A stretch of 64,000 nt of DNA from Octopus vulgaris. Taxonomy: Eukaryota. Below are positions 1 through 13,000 of the stretch, piece by piece; positions within the stretch are counted from its first letter, which is position 1; the number at the start of each line of letters is the position of its first letter. Under the pieces are notes generated by a model. It had not been told where the DNA came from, ran no database searches, and saw only the letters and a list, made by a program, of their open reading frames with translations. A program made the position numbers and the translations under genes. Location: contig OX597821.1 of the NCBI GenBank assembly GCA_951406725.2, positions 95,790,001-95,854,000 of the forward strand, read 5' to 3'.

Positions 1-620
1 GTGTGTGTTTGTGTGTCTGTGTTTGTCCCCCTAGCATTGCTTGACAACTGATGCTGGTGTGTTTATGTCCCCGTCACTTAGCGGTTTGGCAAAAGAGACC
101 GATGGAATAAGTACTCGGCTTACAAAGAATAAGTCCTGGGGGCGATTTGCTCGACTAAAGGTGGTGCTCCAGCATGGCCGCAGTCAAATGACTGAAACAA
201 GTAAAAGAGTAAAGAGAGTATCCAGCTGAGCATGCTGGCTTCACTTCTTTCAAGTTTTCATATGTCCTTTGCAGTTACAGCTCATGTCTCACGGCCATGT
301 AGCATACATGTCCATACACAGGCAAAATCTGTCATTATTCTAAGTGGGTTACATTATATATATATATATTTTTTCATATCTAAATAGTAAACTAATTATT
401 TCTACATGACTGAAATGAAGTTGTCTTGAAATGCCTCGTCATTTGAATTACAATGTTACTGTGAAAAGTAACATACTTAGTGTAGTTAGCTAAACAAAAC
501 TTCAGTCACATACATTACCATTGAAGTAAAAAGAGGAACACTACAATTTTTGCCTTCAGCATTGAGTACTCACAAATGTATCACCTTTCCCCACACCACC
601 TACATTGGTTTTAAGCAAAT

Positions 621-828
621 CTCTTTACTTTTTTACTCTTTAACTTGTTTCAGTCATTTGACTGCGGCTATGCTGGAGCACCGCCTTTAGTCGAGCAAAT
701 CGACCCCGGGACTTATTCTTTGTAAGCCCAGTACTTATTCTATTGGTCTCTTTTGCCGAACCGCTAAGTGACGGGGATGTAAACACACCAGCATTGGTTG
801 TCAAGCAATGCTAGGGGGAGAAACACAA

Positions 829-863
<35 letters not shown>

Positions 864-1034
864 CATATATACGACAGGCTTCTTTCAGTTTCCGTCTCCC
901 AAATCCACTCACAAGGCATTGGTCGGCCCGGGGCTATAGCAGAAGACACTTGCCCAAGGTGCCACGCAGTGGGACGGAACCTGGAACTATGTGGTTGGTT
1001 AGCAAGCTACTTACCACACAGCCACTCCTGCGCC
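621..1034 (-). mobile_element. tRNA-derived SINE family A (internal TA/CA microsatellite)
   Basis: Head ggcgcaggagtggctgtgtggtaag..ggttc and tail gaaacaagtaaaagag; a 3' half-copy lies at 1-219 (+). Confidence 0.85.
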
Positions 1035-1699
1035 TGTATTGATTTTTAATGAAATTAGATGATTTGAATTGACCCACTAGTTATAATGACCAAATTGCCC
1101 TCAAAATATGCCTGTTATTCTAAAAACAAACAAAACAGACTGAAATCAAGATTAAGAGAAAATGAGTCATGACTAACACACCTTTGATCATGACTCCATT
1201 CAATCAATCTAAACATTACAACCCTCTACCTTTCTCTTTTATATGTATGTGTGGGTGGGTGTATATACAAGAATATATCATGTAAATGTACAAGTTTTCA
1301 TATACAATAGATATTGTGCATACTATACTCATGTCACATGTTAGGCAAGCATCTTTGACATATTGTCCAACAAAGAAGTTTCTAAGTATTTGCTTAGTTT
1401 GCTATAAATAACTTGCATTTAATAAAACAAATTATTTCACAGTCCAATCATGCGAGTAGAAAAAAATAAAGACAACAAATGGAGTGAGAGTGAGTGATGG
1501 TCAGAGATGCTAAATGCAGGTGAACCATAGTGAGATGTTTTACTCTGATGCAGCTGGTATTTTTTTTTATTAAAATGAAACTGGAAAGTTTTATTGTAAA
1601 TTATATTAATTAATTTCACACATATATACATATGAAATTAAATATCAAACTCTTTTCAAAACACTATCATTCATGTAATATTTATAAATTATACATATA

Positions 1700-1775
1700 T
1701 GCATGCATGCATACATACATACATACATACATACATACATACATACATGCATACATACACTTACACATACATACA

Positions 1776-1809
<34 letters not shown>

Positions 1810-2310
1810 CACACATACATACATACATACATACATACACATACATACATATACATATACATACATACATACATATATACACACATACATACATACATAC
1901 ATACACATACATACATACATACACACACACATACATACATACATACATACATACATACATACACATATACATACATATATACACACATACATACATACAT
2001 ACATACATACATACACATACATACATACACATATACATACATACATACATTTATACACACATACATACATACATACATACATACATACACATACATACAT
2101 ACACACACACACATACATACATACATACACACACACATACATACATACATACATACATACATACATACATACATACATACATACATACATACATACATAC
2201 ACACACACATACATACATATATACATACACACACACATACATACATACATACATGCATACATACGTACATACGTACATACATACATACATACATACATAT
2301 GTACATACGT
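1700..2310. repeat. Long (ACAT)n compound microsatellite
   Basis: ~600 bp seen directly; a second tract lies at 2655-2790. These produce the HTYI/MYVC pseudo-ORFs. Confidence 0.97.
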
Positions 2311-2312
2311 AT

Positions 2313-2655
2313 GATCGTAGCCAGTACCGCAACGCCTGGCCTCCGTGCTGAGGGCACATAACAAACACCATCCGAGCGTGGCCGTCCGCCAGCCCCGTCT
2401 GGCACCTGTGTTGGTGACACATAAGAAAACACCATCCGAGCGTGGCCGTCTGCCAGCCTCGTCTGGCACCTGTGTCGGTGGCACATAAAATCACCCACTA
2501 CACTCTCGGAGTGGTTGGCGTTAGGAAGGGCATCCAGCTGTAGAAACACTGCCAGATCTGACTGGCCTGGTGCAGCCTTCGGGCTTGCCAGACCCCAGTT
2601 GAACCGTCCAACCCATGCTAGCATGGAAAGCGGACGTTAAACGATGATGATGATG
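2313..2655 (+). mobile_element. RTE LINE 3' UTR/tail fragment
   Basis: ggagtggttggcgttaggaagggcatccagctgtagaaa...acgttaaacgatgatgat tail. Other copies at ~22660-22790 (-), 32061-32745 (-), 41790-41990 (+), 45235-46200 (-), 56730-57222 (+). Confidence 0.8.
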
Positions 2656-2697
2656 TACATACATACATACATACACACACATACATATATACATACA

Positions 2698-2731
<34 letters not shown>

Positions 2732-2761
2732 CATACATACATACATACATACATACATACA

Positions 2762-2789
<28 letters not shown>

Positions 2790-2792
<3 letters not shown>

Positions 2793-3290
2793 GCATCTTT
2801 GGTATGGTCTTCATGAGGAGCCACATTTCCATTCCATAGAGGAGAATGGAGAGAACTGACACATTGTAGATGTGGAGCTTCATCTTCTGGAAGATAGAGT
2901 TGTGGTATCAAAGGGGATTTCATAGGAAGTACATGACCTCAGCAGCCAGACTATATCTGTGGTTGACCTCTGACATCAGGTCTCCACTGATGGTGATTTG
3001 TGAAGCCCAGGTAGATAAAGGAGCCAACAAACTCCACAATATTGGGGCCAATATGGAGAGGCAGGTTGTTCAGTCCATCACCGTCATGCATCAGCTTTGT
3101 CTTCACCCAACTCACCTGAAGGTCAAGTTTTACTGATTTCTCTTGGTATATGGTCAGTGCATCCTTGAACAGGTTGATTGAGTTGGTGAATAGGGAGGTA
3201 TTGTCTGCATACTCCAGGTTGGTAACGTGATAGTTCCCAAAGGTCATGTCAGAGACTCACTCACAGACCTTGGTCATCAGATAACACTGG
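2790..3290 (-). mobile_element. RTE-type LINE RT fragment
   Basis: LEYADNTSLF..LQVSWVKTKLM..VEFVGSFIYLG and KLHIYNVSVLSILLYGMEMW. Confidence 0.8.
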
Positions 3291-3578
3291 TCAACAAAGA
3301 ATTTGTCTCAAGTAAAAGAAAACCTGTATCTTATATGTTTTTGCATGCAGAACTGAGAAATAATGTCAAATTATCTGTATCACCCACGGTTTCTCGGTTC
3401 CATGATATCCCTCTCAGTTCCTGCTACATGGGCAAGATTTCAGTTAAGCTGTTGAAATATGAAGCTAATAGTTTAGAAATACTCCTAATTTAAATGTTTA
3501 TGAATAGAAATAACCTAATGAAATCATAAATCTAGCTATATATATATGAATGCATGTATATATATGTGTGTGGGAGTG

Positions 3579-3913
3579 AAGGTGCATGGCTCAGTGGTTA
3601 GAGCATCGAGCTTATGATCATGAGGTTGTGAGCTTGAATCCCGGACCATGGTGCGTGTTGTGTTCTTGAGCAAGACACTTTATTTCACGTTGCTCCAGTT
3701 CACTCAGCTGTAGAAATGAGTTGCGATGTCACAGGTGCCAAGCTGTATCTGCTGTTGCCTTTCCCTTGGATAACACTGGTGGCGAGGAGAGGGGAGGTCA
3801 GTATGCATGGGTGACTACTGGTCTTCCATAAACACCCTTGCCCGGACTTGTGCCTGGGAGGGTAACTTTCTAGGTGCAATCCCATGGTTTGTGTCATGAC
3901 AGAAGGGGGTCTC
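3579..3913 (+). mobile_element. tRNA-derived SINE (D-related head, different tail)
   Basis: tggctcagtggttag..ttgaatccc head and ttgagcaagacactt core. Confidence 0.75.
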
Positions 3914-4301
3914 AATATATGTGGGATATAAATGTAAGATAATAGTTTCATTATTAATAGTGAAACTATTAAATTGAAAGTATCTAACCTTACAATAGAG
4001 ATGTTATGGTTTCACTTTTGACACATAATACTGAAATAGTGTAAGAGATAAGAGATTGGTCTGGGCTTGCATTAGGCAAGAAATTGAAAATTGTTTGGCC
4101 CATGACACTGTATGGGCCCTAAGTAAGGCATGAGTAAAATTTTAATGAAATCGGTTGTGAAGGTCTCCAGTTTTAAAGATTCACACAAACAGATAGACAC
4201 ACACACAGACACACATTCTCAGTTTTATATATTAAGATATATAATATATATATATAGATACATGAAAATATATATATATACACACACACACACACAAATG
4301 T

Positions 4302-4355
<54 letters not shown>

Positions 4356-4365
4356 GTACATACGT

Positions 4366-5026
4366 TATACAAAGAAATGTTTACACACTTCAGGAAGAGA
4401 AAATTTGTAGAAATATTTGAACACCCCAGCCAATTTTCACTTCTTTATGTACCTTTTTTTAATCCCCATTAGGATTACATTGAATTTTCTCAGTATAATC
4501 AGCCTTAGCTAAGGTGAAATTGTAATGTTTCATTCTGTCTAAGTATGTTTTCATTTGCTGTAAGTGTGGAAAATTTATGAGAATTCCGTAAAAAAATGAA
4601 CTGATAATTGCTTTTTCACACACACATGCACAAATGTATGTGTGTGTGTGTATGTGTGTATACACACAAACATACACATGCACATGCTTGTTTGCTCACA
4701 CAAACATAATCTATCTACATCACAATACTCTTATTTCTTGCAACCCAGGTGAGTTAGTCACAATTAGTAACAATAAAATTTTCCCTTTGTAGTATTATAT
4801 TGTGCCTAGCTGTTTGAATTAATTTTCAATATATGCATTAGCATTTTGCTAAATCAACCATAAATTTTGATTGTAAAATATATATATATTGACATCCATG
4901 TTCAGTCAACAATCAAATGTTTGAAAAGTCACTATTGACAAGCCTACTACAGGTAGGTGGAAGTAGTCAAGCCTAGTGATCCTAGAGATGCTCATGGGGT
5001 AGTTATCTCCGCTGTCAGTGTGTATA

Positions 5027-5063
<37 letters not shown>

Positions 5064-5246
5064 TGCATGTCTTGTACAGCAGTAATAGCTTTTAACTCTT
5101 ATTTCTTGCAATATAGGTGCTTTGGCACAATCAGTCATCAGTGATGATAAAATTTTTCCTCTATTTTATTATATTGCATCTAACTGTTTATATTAAGTTT
5201 TTCTTTTCCTGAAGTGTGTACACATTTCTTTGATGGACTCTGTATA
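4366..5246. mobile_element. Possible Tc1-type MITE (imperfect terminal inverted repeats)
   Basis: caaagaaatgtttacacacttcaggaagagaaaa (~4370-4403) is the reverse complement of ~5200-5232; both ends abut TA tracts. Confidence 0.5.
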
Positions 5247-5292
5247 ACATATGTGTATATATATATACATATATATATACATATATATATAC

Positions 5293-5340
<48 letters not shown>

Positions 5341-5341
<1 letters not shown>

Positions 5342-5942
5342 CAACAACAATCAAGGAACGGCCATAATAGGCCATTCACCCACTAGAAATAACAGCCAAA
5401 GCTTCAACCGCAAATAAAAGTTAATTCTGTAAACCAGGAGAAAATTTAAAAACATTTACCCTGTAATTTCTTATACGATATACCGTTTCATCTGCTGATT
5501 AATGGTAAACTAACCTGATTAAATTAAATCAAGCCAATCTTCCACAGGCCCTCAGATTCTTCAGTAAGAAATAGCCCAAGTCGGAACAGATATTTTCACG
5601 AGGCATTTCCGACCTTGCCAAGTTTATATCTGACCTAAAATTTTCAAATCGTCGCACTCGCGCCAAATTTATCGGCAGCAAATAAATATAAGCCGTCGAT
5701 TCCATTACGGAATTAACCAGAAAATTCATAATTAATCAATATAGGGTGGCAAAAAAAATTTTGTAGAATTCTTTTGTCACCAGCGGCCTAGTAGGAAAAA
5801 ATTAAATAGTCATAGACCATTTTTAAGTTCAACAACAACAGTTGTTGAACTTAAAAATGGTCTATGACTATTTAATTTTTCCTACTAGGCCGCTGGTGAC
5901 AAAAGAATTCTACAAAATTTTTTTACCCTATATTGATTAATT
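5341..5942 (-). mobile_element. (TA)n-embedded fold-back element with hammerhead motif (probable Penelope-like or non-autonomous derivative)
   Basis: CpG-richer block between two TA microsatellites, with a ~107-bp near-perfect palindrome at 5730-5942 and a hammerhead at 5466-5572. No recognisable ORF. Confidence 0.55.
5466..5572 (-). ncRNA. Type I hammerhead ribozyme motif (canonical core, extended helix II)
   Basis: Minus strand reads AUUUCUUA-CUGAAGA-AUCUG-[~58 nt with a G.U-rich hairpin]-CAGAU-GAA-ACGG-UAUA-UCGU-A-UAAGAAAU. Helix I is 8 bp, helix II 5 bp, helix III 4 bp; the cleavage triplet is GUA. Confidence 0.75.
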
Positions 5943-5943
5943 G

Positions 5944-5984
<41 letters not shown>

Positions 5985-5991
5985 ATACATT

Positions 5992-6036
<45 letters not shown>

Positions 6037-6977
6037 GCTTTAGCATTTCCCTAAATCATCCATAAATTTTTATGGTAAAAATATATATACTGACAGCCTG
6101 ATTTTGAGTATTCACTACTGACTAGCCTACAACTAATAGGCATAACTAGTCTAGTGACCCTAGAGATGCTCATAAGGTGGTTATCTCCCTTCTCACCGAA
6201 TATATGTATTGTGCAATTCTTACCGCATTAAGACTATCGCGGGTGCTACATTACAAAACCTCCCACAGATATAATTAAAATCTAAAAAAATATAAATTGG
6301 CCGCAGAAATGCATGATATACTGAGGAGTCTGCGATACAATTTTACATATATTAGCCAGAAAAATCCACGATGTACCGAATGCATGATAGAGTGTGTGTA
6401 CTGAGTGCATGATAAGGATTAATTTAGCCTAAAGTCCGGATTCACAAGAAACACAGTTGCAAGCTGCCTGAGAAAGGATGTGCAGATATAGTGCATGGAT
6501 CAGAGAGGAATAGCGAGAAAATATTATAAAATGAAAAAAAAAAAAAACCAACCTTGATAGAGATGTAAAGAAAATAATATTTAAAGGAAGCTAAACTTTG
6601 AATGCTATAAAAATGCAAATCATCCTTTCTTTCTTAAATAGGTCCACTTAATTTTTTCCATTCTGTGGAATTTCCCTGGGTCCCATTAGTATATATTATT
6701 ATACATAACATATATATTGTCAATGCATAAGCATACAGCTAACACGTTCTCTATCAAATTTCTTTCATAAGTTGTTGATAAACCTAAAGCTATTCCAAAT
6801 TGTCATTCATTTAAATGCAATCCAGAACCATGTGGTTGCAAAATTAACTCCTTCACAACATTGTCATAAATAATATTCCATTGGCATTCTGTGCCTTTCA
6901 ATTTTCTTCCTCTTTTTCCTGTTATTATTGTAATGTTTAAATTTATATATAATAATGTTTTTTGTTTATTTTTACAG

Positions 6978-7049
6978 ATAGTGAAGGATATACTGGAAGA
7001 ATTTTCAGTAGAAAATGATATCTGGACAGATTCCGATGCTTATAAGCAT
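6978..7049 (+). CDS. DUF389 copy 1 exon (IVKDILEEFSVENDIWTDSDAYKH)
   Basis: tttttacag acceptor; gttagt donor; 72 nt, phase 0/0. Confidence 0.75.
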
Positions 7050-10000
7050 GTTAGTATCTTTTTAATATCATATTAGAATGCCTTGTCAGTAACAATCATT
7101 TAAGAGAAGATAGTTTCCAAGCAAATTGCATATTAGAGCTGTACAAGCCATGTATCGGGATGCTGTTAGTAAGGTGAGAGCCAGTCATATGTACAATGAT
7201 GAATTCAGTGTACAAGTAGGAGTTCACCAGGGCTTAGTTCTCTGTTCCATTTTATTCATCATATTTCCCCAGGCCATAACAAATTTAAGACTGGCTACCC
7301 TTTGAAACTAATATATGCTGATGATCTCACTCTTATAGCAAAACCGTAAAAGAAATTCTAGGTGTGGATGCAAAACCTGAAATCAAAGCAATTAATCTAG
7401 TGAAGACCAAAGTTGTAAGCAAGAAACAGATAAGCCTTTCTTTCTGTCAGGTAAATAGACCTGTTTAATATTGGAAGGGAATGCTTTGTGTGTTAAGTAC
7501 TAAACAATGTGGTCAGCCATAACCTGGAACATAACTGAGAGCTTCTATGGAATCCGTCTGGATAATATCTCCCTCTAAACACACACGCATACATATACAC
7601 ACAATATATAATATAAATTGTGTGTGTGTGTGTGTGTGTGTATAATGCTGTTATGTTGTTCAACGTATAACAATGTTAACCAGCAGATCTATGAAGGAAC
7701 TCATTCCAGTCATAACTGTGCTGTCTTTTTTTTATTTTAATATTCAGACACATATAACACTACATAATTTAATCTTTACTTTTCTTTAGATGGCAGAGTG
7801 AAAATATATAGAGGTGTGACTGCTACCTCTAGCCAATCTCACAAGCACATAGGAACTCCTTTGTTGCCTCATGTAATGATGAATAATGATTACATGCATG
7901 TGTGTGTGTGTGTGTGTGTGTGTTTAAAGGTGAAGCAATCCTTTATGATGTTCTGAAATTTCAATTTAGATTACATTTATTGATTGTGGTGCTCCTGCCA
8001 GAATTGAATACATATTGAAGAGACTAATGGCAATTGGAATTGGTCAGAAACTCAAAGATTCTTCTATCAGGTCAGTACAAATTAAACATTTCATTGACCT
8101 TTCTGAAACTTCATTGTTTGTCATCCAAAGCAATCCTAAGTTTTGACTAACATGGACCAGATACAAATATTTAGTTTGTCCAGCCAATCACTTCTCTCTT
8201 AAGGTTGTTGACTGAAAATTGTGTTAGGACCTGGTTAGATAGGTTCTTAATTCATGTGCCATTTAGCAGGGTATATAATATCCCTATTTCACTGATATTC
8301 AAACTTACATCATAACAAATCCATCTTGAATGATAGTGATCATTATTTTCTCTGTTTTCCCTTTATAATTTAAAAAAAATTTATATATCACCTTTCTTTA
8401 CATTTTTCTATTATTTTTTCCTGTATTTTTCTAGTATCTTTTTCTTTGCATATATTTTGTGTTATTTTTGTTTCATTGATTTTCTCTCTACTGTTTTTCT
8501 CTACAGAAATTCTGTATCAATTTATCATTGTCTTTTTTTCTGTCTATGCTTTTGTTATATAATTTTTCTATTTGCACCATACTCAGTATTTTCCCAGCAT
8601 CAATACATGTTGAGACTTTTGACCAAAAAAATTCTAAAGAGGAAAGTAACAGGTATGTATATATTATCACATTATCACGGAATTTTTTATTCTCCTTTTT
8701 CTCTCATTTCTTATTTTTCTCTTTATCAATTTTTATCATATTTTTCTTTTTTCACCTTTCCTTATTTCATTTATTTTTTTATTCTAAGTCAGAGCAGGAG
8801 TGAGAGAAATGCTCGTGCCATGTTAGCTCTCCCACACTGCAGTTAGAATATTTGTTGAGTGATGTCTAGAGACAAAAAAAAAAAAGAAAAATGGCTAGGA
8901 AGAGAAATAATAGGAAGAAAAAGCTCTACCCATGGCCTTTGCAGGCCCTCTATGACTGGGTTCTGAGTAGACAAGACTCAGCAAAGTGTTTCGTTCTGTT
9001 CTGAGATGTGGGATATAGTAAGGATAACACGAAGGAGAGGAGAAATAGTTATAACTGGTGAGCCTGGGTGGAACTTGCTGGTTCAGTGGAGCAGAGGCTG
9101 ATGTGGTAGCAGTACAACAGACTGTGAGAATAAACATTTTACATGTGTGCTAGTAGTTGTAGTGTAGTTGTGAGGGATTTGTTTGACAATTAGCTGGATG
9201 AACTTCTTTTGGATGTTGTCAGGGATGCTAGTGTGTGTAGCAGCAGCACCATTCCATATATGTGATAACAAGTCTAATGTAATCAACTATATTCCTTATC
9301 TGAATCCGAATAATCTTTAATGTGCTTGAAGTAGTCAAAAAGGTCTCACTTTCAGACTACTGAATATGCATCACCATTATCATCATCATCTTCCTTTAAT
9401 GCCCATCTCTCATGGTGGCAATGGGTTGGACAGTTCCTGGAGGCTCTGACAGGTTTGAGGACTGCATTGGGCTCCTTTGTTCATTTTGTCATGGTTTCCT
9501 TGGCTAGATGCCCCACCCAATGCCAACCACTTTACGGACTGTATTAGTTGTCATTTATTTTCAAGGAACCACCACTAGTGACATCACTGTGCAACTCACA
9601 AGACTACAGTCCCCTTCATCAGTGTGGGGTTACTGAAGAGAGAAAGGTGGCTTTATGCTAGATGAAAGATTAATGATGCCTCAAGTGGTTAGATTTGCGT
9701 TTCATCTCCCTGGGAGCTGAGCTTGATATTGCAAGTACCAGTTATATATTGAGTTCAGTTCAATCAACGATATTCTCATCTCTATAAACTTGTAACCATA
9801 TACCTTCTGAGGAAATTTTATTATTGTTGTTGTTGCAGTATAAAGAAAGAAAATGAAAGCAAGTTCAAGAAATCTGTGAAGTCCCGTCTAGTTGTGGAAC
9901 AGGTCAGTCCCTACAGTGTTTTATTGTTGTTATTACAAAAGAGTGGGTAAGGCAGTGGGTTGGCAGAATCATTAGCATGCTGGGCAAAATGTTTAACAGC

Positions 10001-13000
10001 TTTTCAAACTCGTGGACTACAAATTTGTGATCAGTACAGTTGACCTAGAGCGACTTAGAAGGCAAGGACCCACTTACTGGAAGCTGATCACGACATTCCT
10101 GGTGTTTCAAGCGTACAGAGATTGGATTAGAGAATTAGTTAAGCGGGCACTGATAGGGAGCGGGTGGGGGCTGGGAATCATCAACAACAAATGGTGGTTT
10201 GCCGTGAAAAGGACAGTTAGAGTAGAATCAGTTAGGCTTCGTAAGACTTTAGTAATAGATAGAAATAAAGTAGAAGGGAACTTAGAAACTTAAAAGATGT
10301 GCTTGGGAAAGGTGTTGCAACCGATAAGCTGGCTGCAAGATTGGCACTGGACCAATTCTTCAAAGCTAAACACAAAAGTTGCATTATCAGGGCTAAGGTG
10401 TGTCCTTTAAGACAAGAAGAAATAGAGGCTACACTGTGGGCTCGACTGGCAAAGTTGCAGTGTGGCAGCAAAGCCACAATTCGGTCTTTGGTGGACCAAA
10501 ATGGGCACACGGTACTTGAGCTCGAGCAGATGTGTGTGGAATTTCAGCAGCACTTTGACCAACAGAGAATGCAGCATGGATTTCAGGTGAATGGTGTTTG
10601 GTCCATCAAAGATGTCTCCTCTCATCTGTTCTGAATGTACTGGCTCTAGAGCCACTACTATAGAAATGGGAAGCATTGAAAGGCATTCCATGTGAACTAG
10701 GACATGGGATAACTGTCTCAGCATATGCAGATAATGTCACTGTGATAATGTCAAACATCAGATACATAGTCCTGGTCACCACTGCTCTAAAAGAATACGA
10801 GGCAGAGACAAGAAATGTGCAAGAAAAATGTCAATGGGCCTGCAGCTTGGTACCTGGAGAGGCAGGTTCATGCCATCCAACAATGTCGTGAAATGCTGGA
10901 TAGTAGGACTGGTTAAATTGCTTGGGGTCTGGTTTGGTCTGAATCTCTAGGTGAAGAAGAATGAGGTTATGAGCAGGGTAGTCAAACCCACCCAGAAATG
11001 GGTCAAGAGAAAGCTGTCTCTGAAAGTTTTATATCCTAGTGTTGGATATAGAATTTAGCAAAGCTGGGGGGAAAGAAGTATTTACATGATTCACTACAAT
11101 TACTGTTGCACAAGGTAACATGCTCTCTGCCGACAGCTCATGGTTTCTACAAGCTGCTCTTGGAAGTTCCCCTCTTTTGGGTATTTTGATTGTTGTAATT
11201 TTCTTTGTTATTCTGTATTTACATGCTTCAATCCCACTCTATTTGTATTGTATTGTCCTGTACCATCTCCAGTTTTTAAATGAACCCTCAGTGGTTAATA
11301 AATGAAAAATTATTATCATCATTGTTGTTGTTGTCATCATCATCATCATCATTGTCGTTGTCCTCATCTTCAAAATTTCTGTTTTCTTCCAGGTGGTTAA
11401 TTCCGTCCATACTGGTGCTGTTTTTACATTTGACTATTGTATGTTCATAATTTTAGCAAGGTTAGTATATGCAAAAGAGAAATAAGTACACTTCAATCAC
11501 TAGTTGTGTAAATCCTCGTAGTTCCTCTACTATCTTCTAAGTAGAATATCAGTAATCAAGATATAAGATGTACAACAAAGAAACTATGGTATATACATAT
11601 AAGAATAGTCTGGAAGCATAAAGATCCTCTGAATGGTCAGAGATTTAGAGATATGTTACTTGAAGCAGTTGATGAAAAAGAGGAGGATATAATGATGTAT
11701 AATGTGTAAGTCAACTGGAGGTTCCAATAGGACGCTTTGCTGGGGGCATTTGACCAAATTTGTGGCTGGTGCAAATTCCCTTCTTGACCTAAGGTGACAT
11801 AGTGGTGGAACAGTGTAGTTGACAGGTCCATTAAAGTGAAAGGAACAGGCCTGTAAGGACTGGAAGTATGGGTGTAGCAGGAAACTATGTCAAATAGCCA
11901 GAAGGGAGGCTAGGAGACAGGTATATTTAGACAGGGAAGAAGCAGAAAGGAAGAAGTTTGCAATGTTCTGCAGTGTGAGGACCAGAGGCTTGAAGTGTTT
12001 GGGATTTCGAGACAATGTGTAAAAGAAAATCATAATGTTGAAGGAGAGAAGTGTGTCTCCATGGATGATGGTTCACTTGCAGTTAGTGATTCTGAAAAGA
12101 GGCTTGGAAATATATTTATGAAATGCTGCTAAATGTAGAGAACGCATGAGAGAAGGAGAATTTGCCTAATGGAGACCCAACTGAGGAATCAACTATCTAA
12201 ATTGACAATAGCTTATTAAATAAAGTAATTAAGGATATGAAGACAAGGTTGGCACTGAGTATAGCTATGAATTTTGTGCATATGTAGGTGTTCCCCAAGG
12301 GTCAGTTTGAATCCCCCTCTTGTTTACCATAGACCTCCAGATCATAAGAGAGGAATTCAAGACTGGCTACTCTTGTTCTTAAAGCTGAATTTTGAATGGA
12401 CAAAACATTTAGTGATCAAGCAATTTATAAGAACATGGGAAAGCATGTATTTTAAATAGTATTAATGTATTTTAAACCTGATCTAGAGAAGAAATTTCAG
12501 GTGTGGAAACAAAGCCTGGAATCTGAAGATCTTAGAGTTAATTTAGCCAATATCTAGCAAATCACAAGTCCCTTCAGGGCGATGGTCCTGCTTGTTATGT
12601 AAGCAGGGTATAAACATCCGTTTTCCATGCTGGCATGGATGGTTTGGCAGGAACTAGCAAGCCAGATGACTATGCCAAGCTATACTGTTTGCATTGGCAT
12701 GGTTTCTATGGCTAGATGCTCTTCTTAACATCAACCACTTTACAGACTGTATTGGGTGCGTTTTACATGCAATATTGGTGACATTACCGAATATTTTGCA
12801 GGACAAAGGTCTCTCAACTGAGAGGGGGAGTTGTATTGAGTGATGTGTCTTTGTGACAGGTGATGAGAAGTTAAAAAATATGAAAGAGGGATAGGGGTCA
12901 GTGTCTTTTTATTGAGTACTTTACTATAGATTTGCCTCATTTTGGGATGAAATGAAATGAGATGTGTAGCACATCTTCACTTCTCTCTCTATATATATAG

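Noticed and set aside
1443-1489. Possible first coding exon (MRVEKNKDNKWSE) with cag acceptor and gtgagt donor
   Set aside because: Ends in phase 1 while exon 6978 needs phase 0; no bridging exon or family motif found.
1632-2923. Long ORFs on both strands (up to 287 aa)
   Set aside because: Translations of the (ACAT)n microsatellite, which lacks stop codons.
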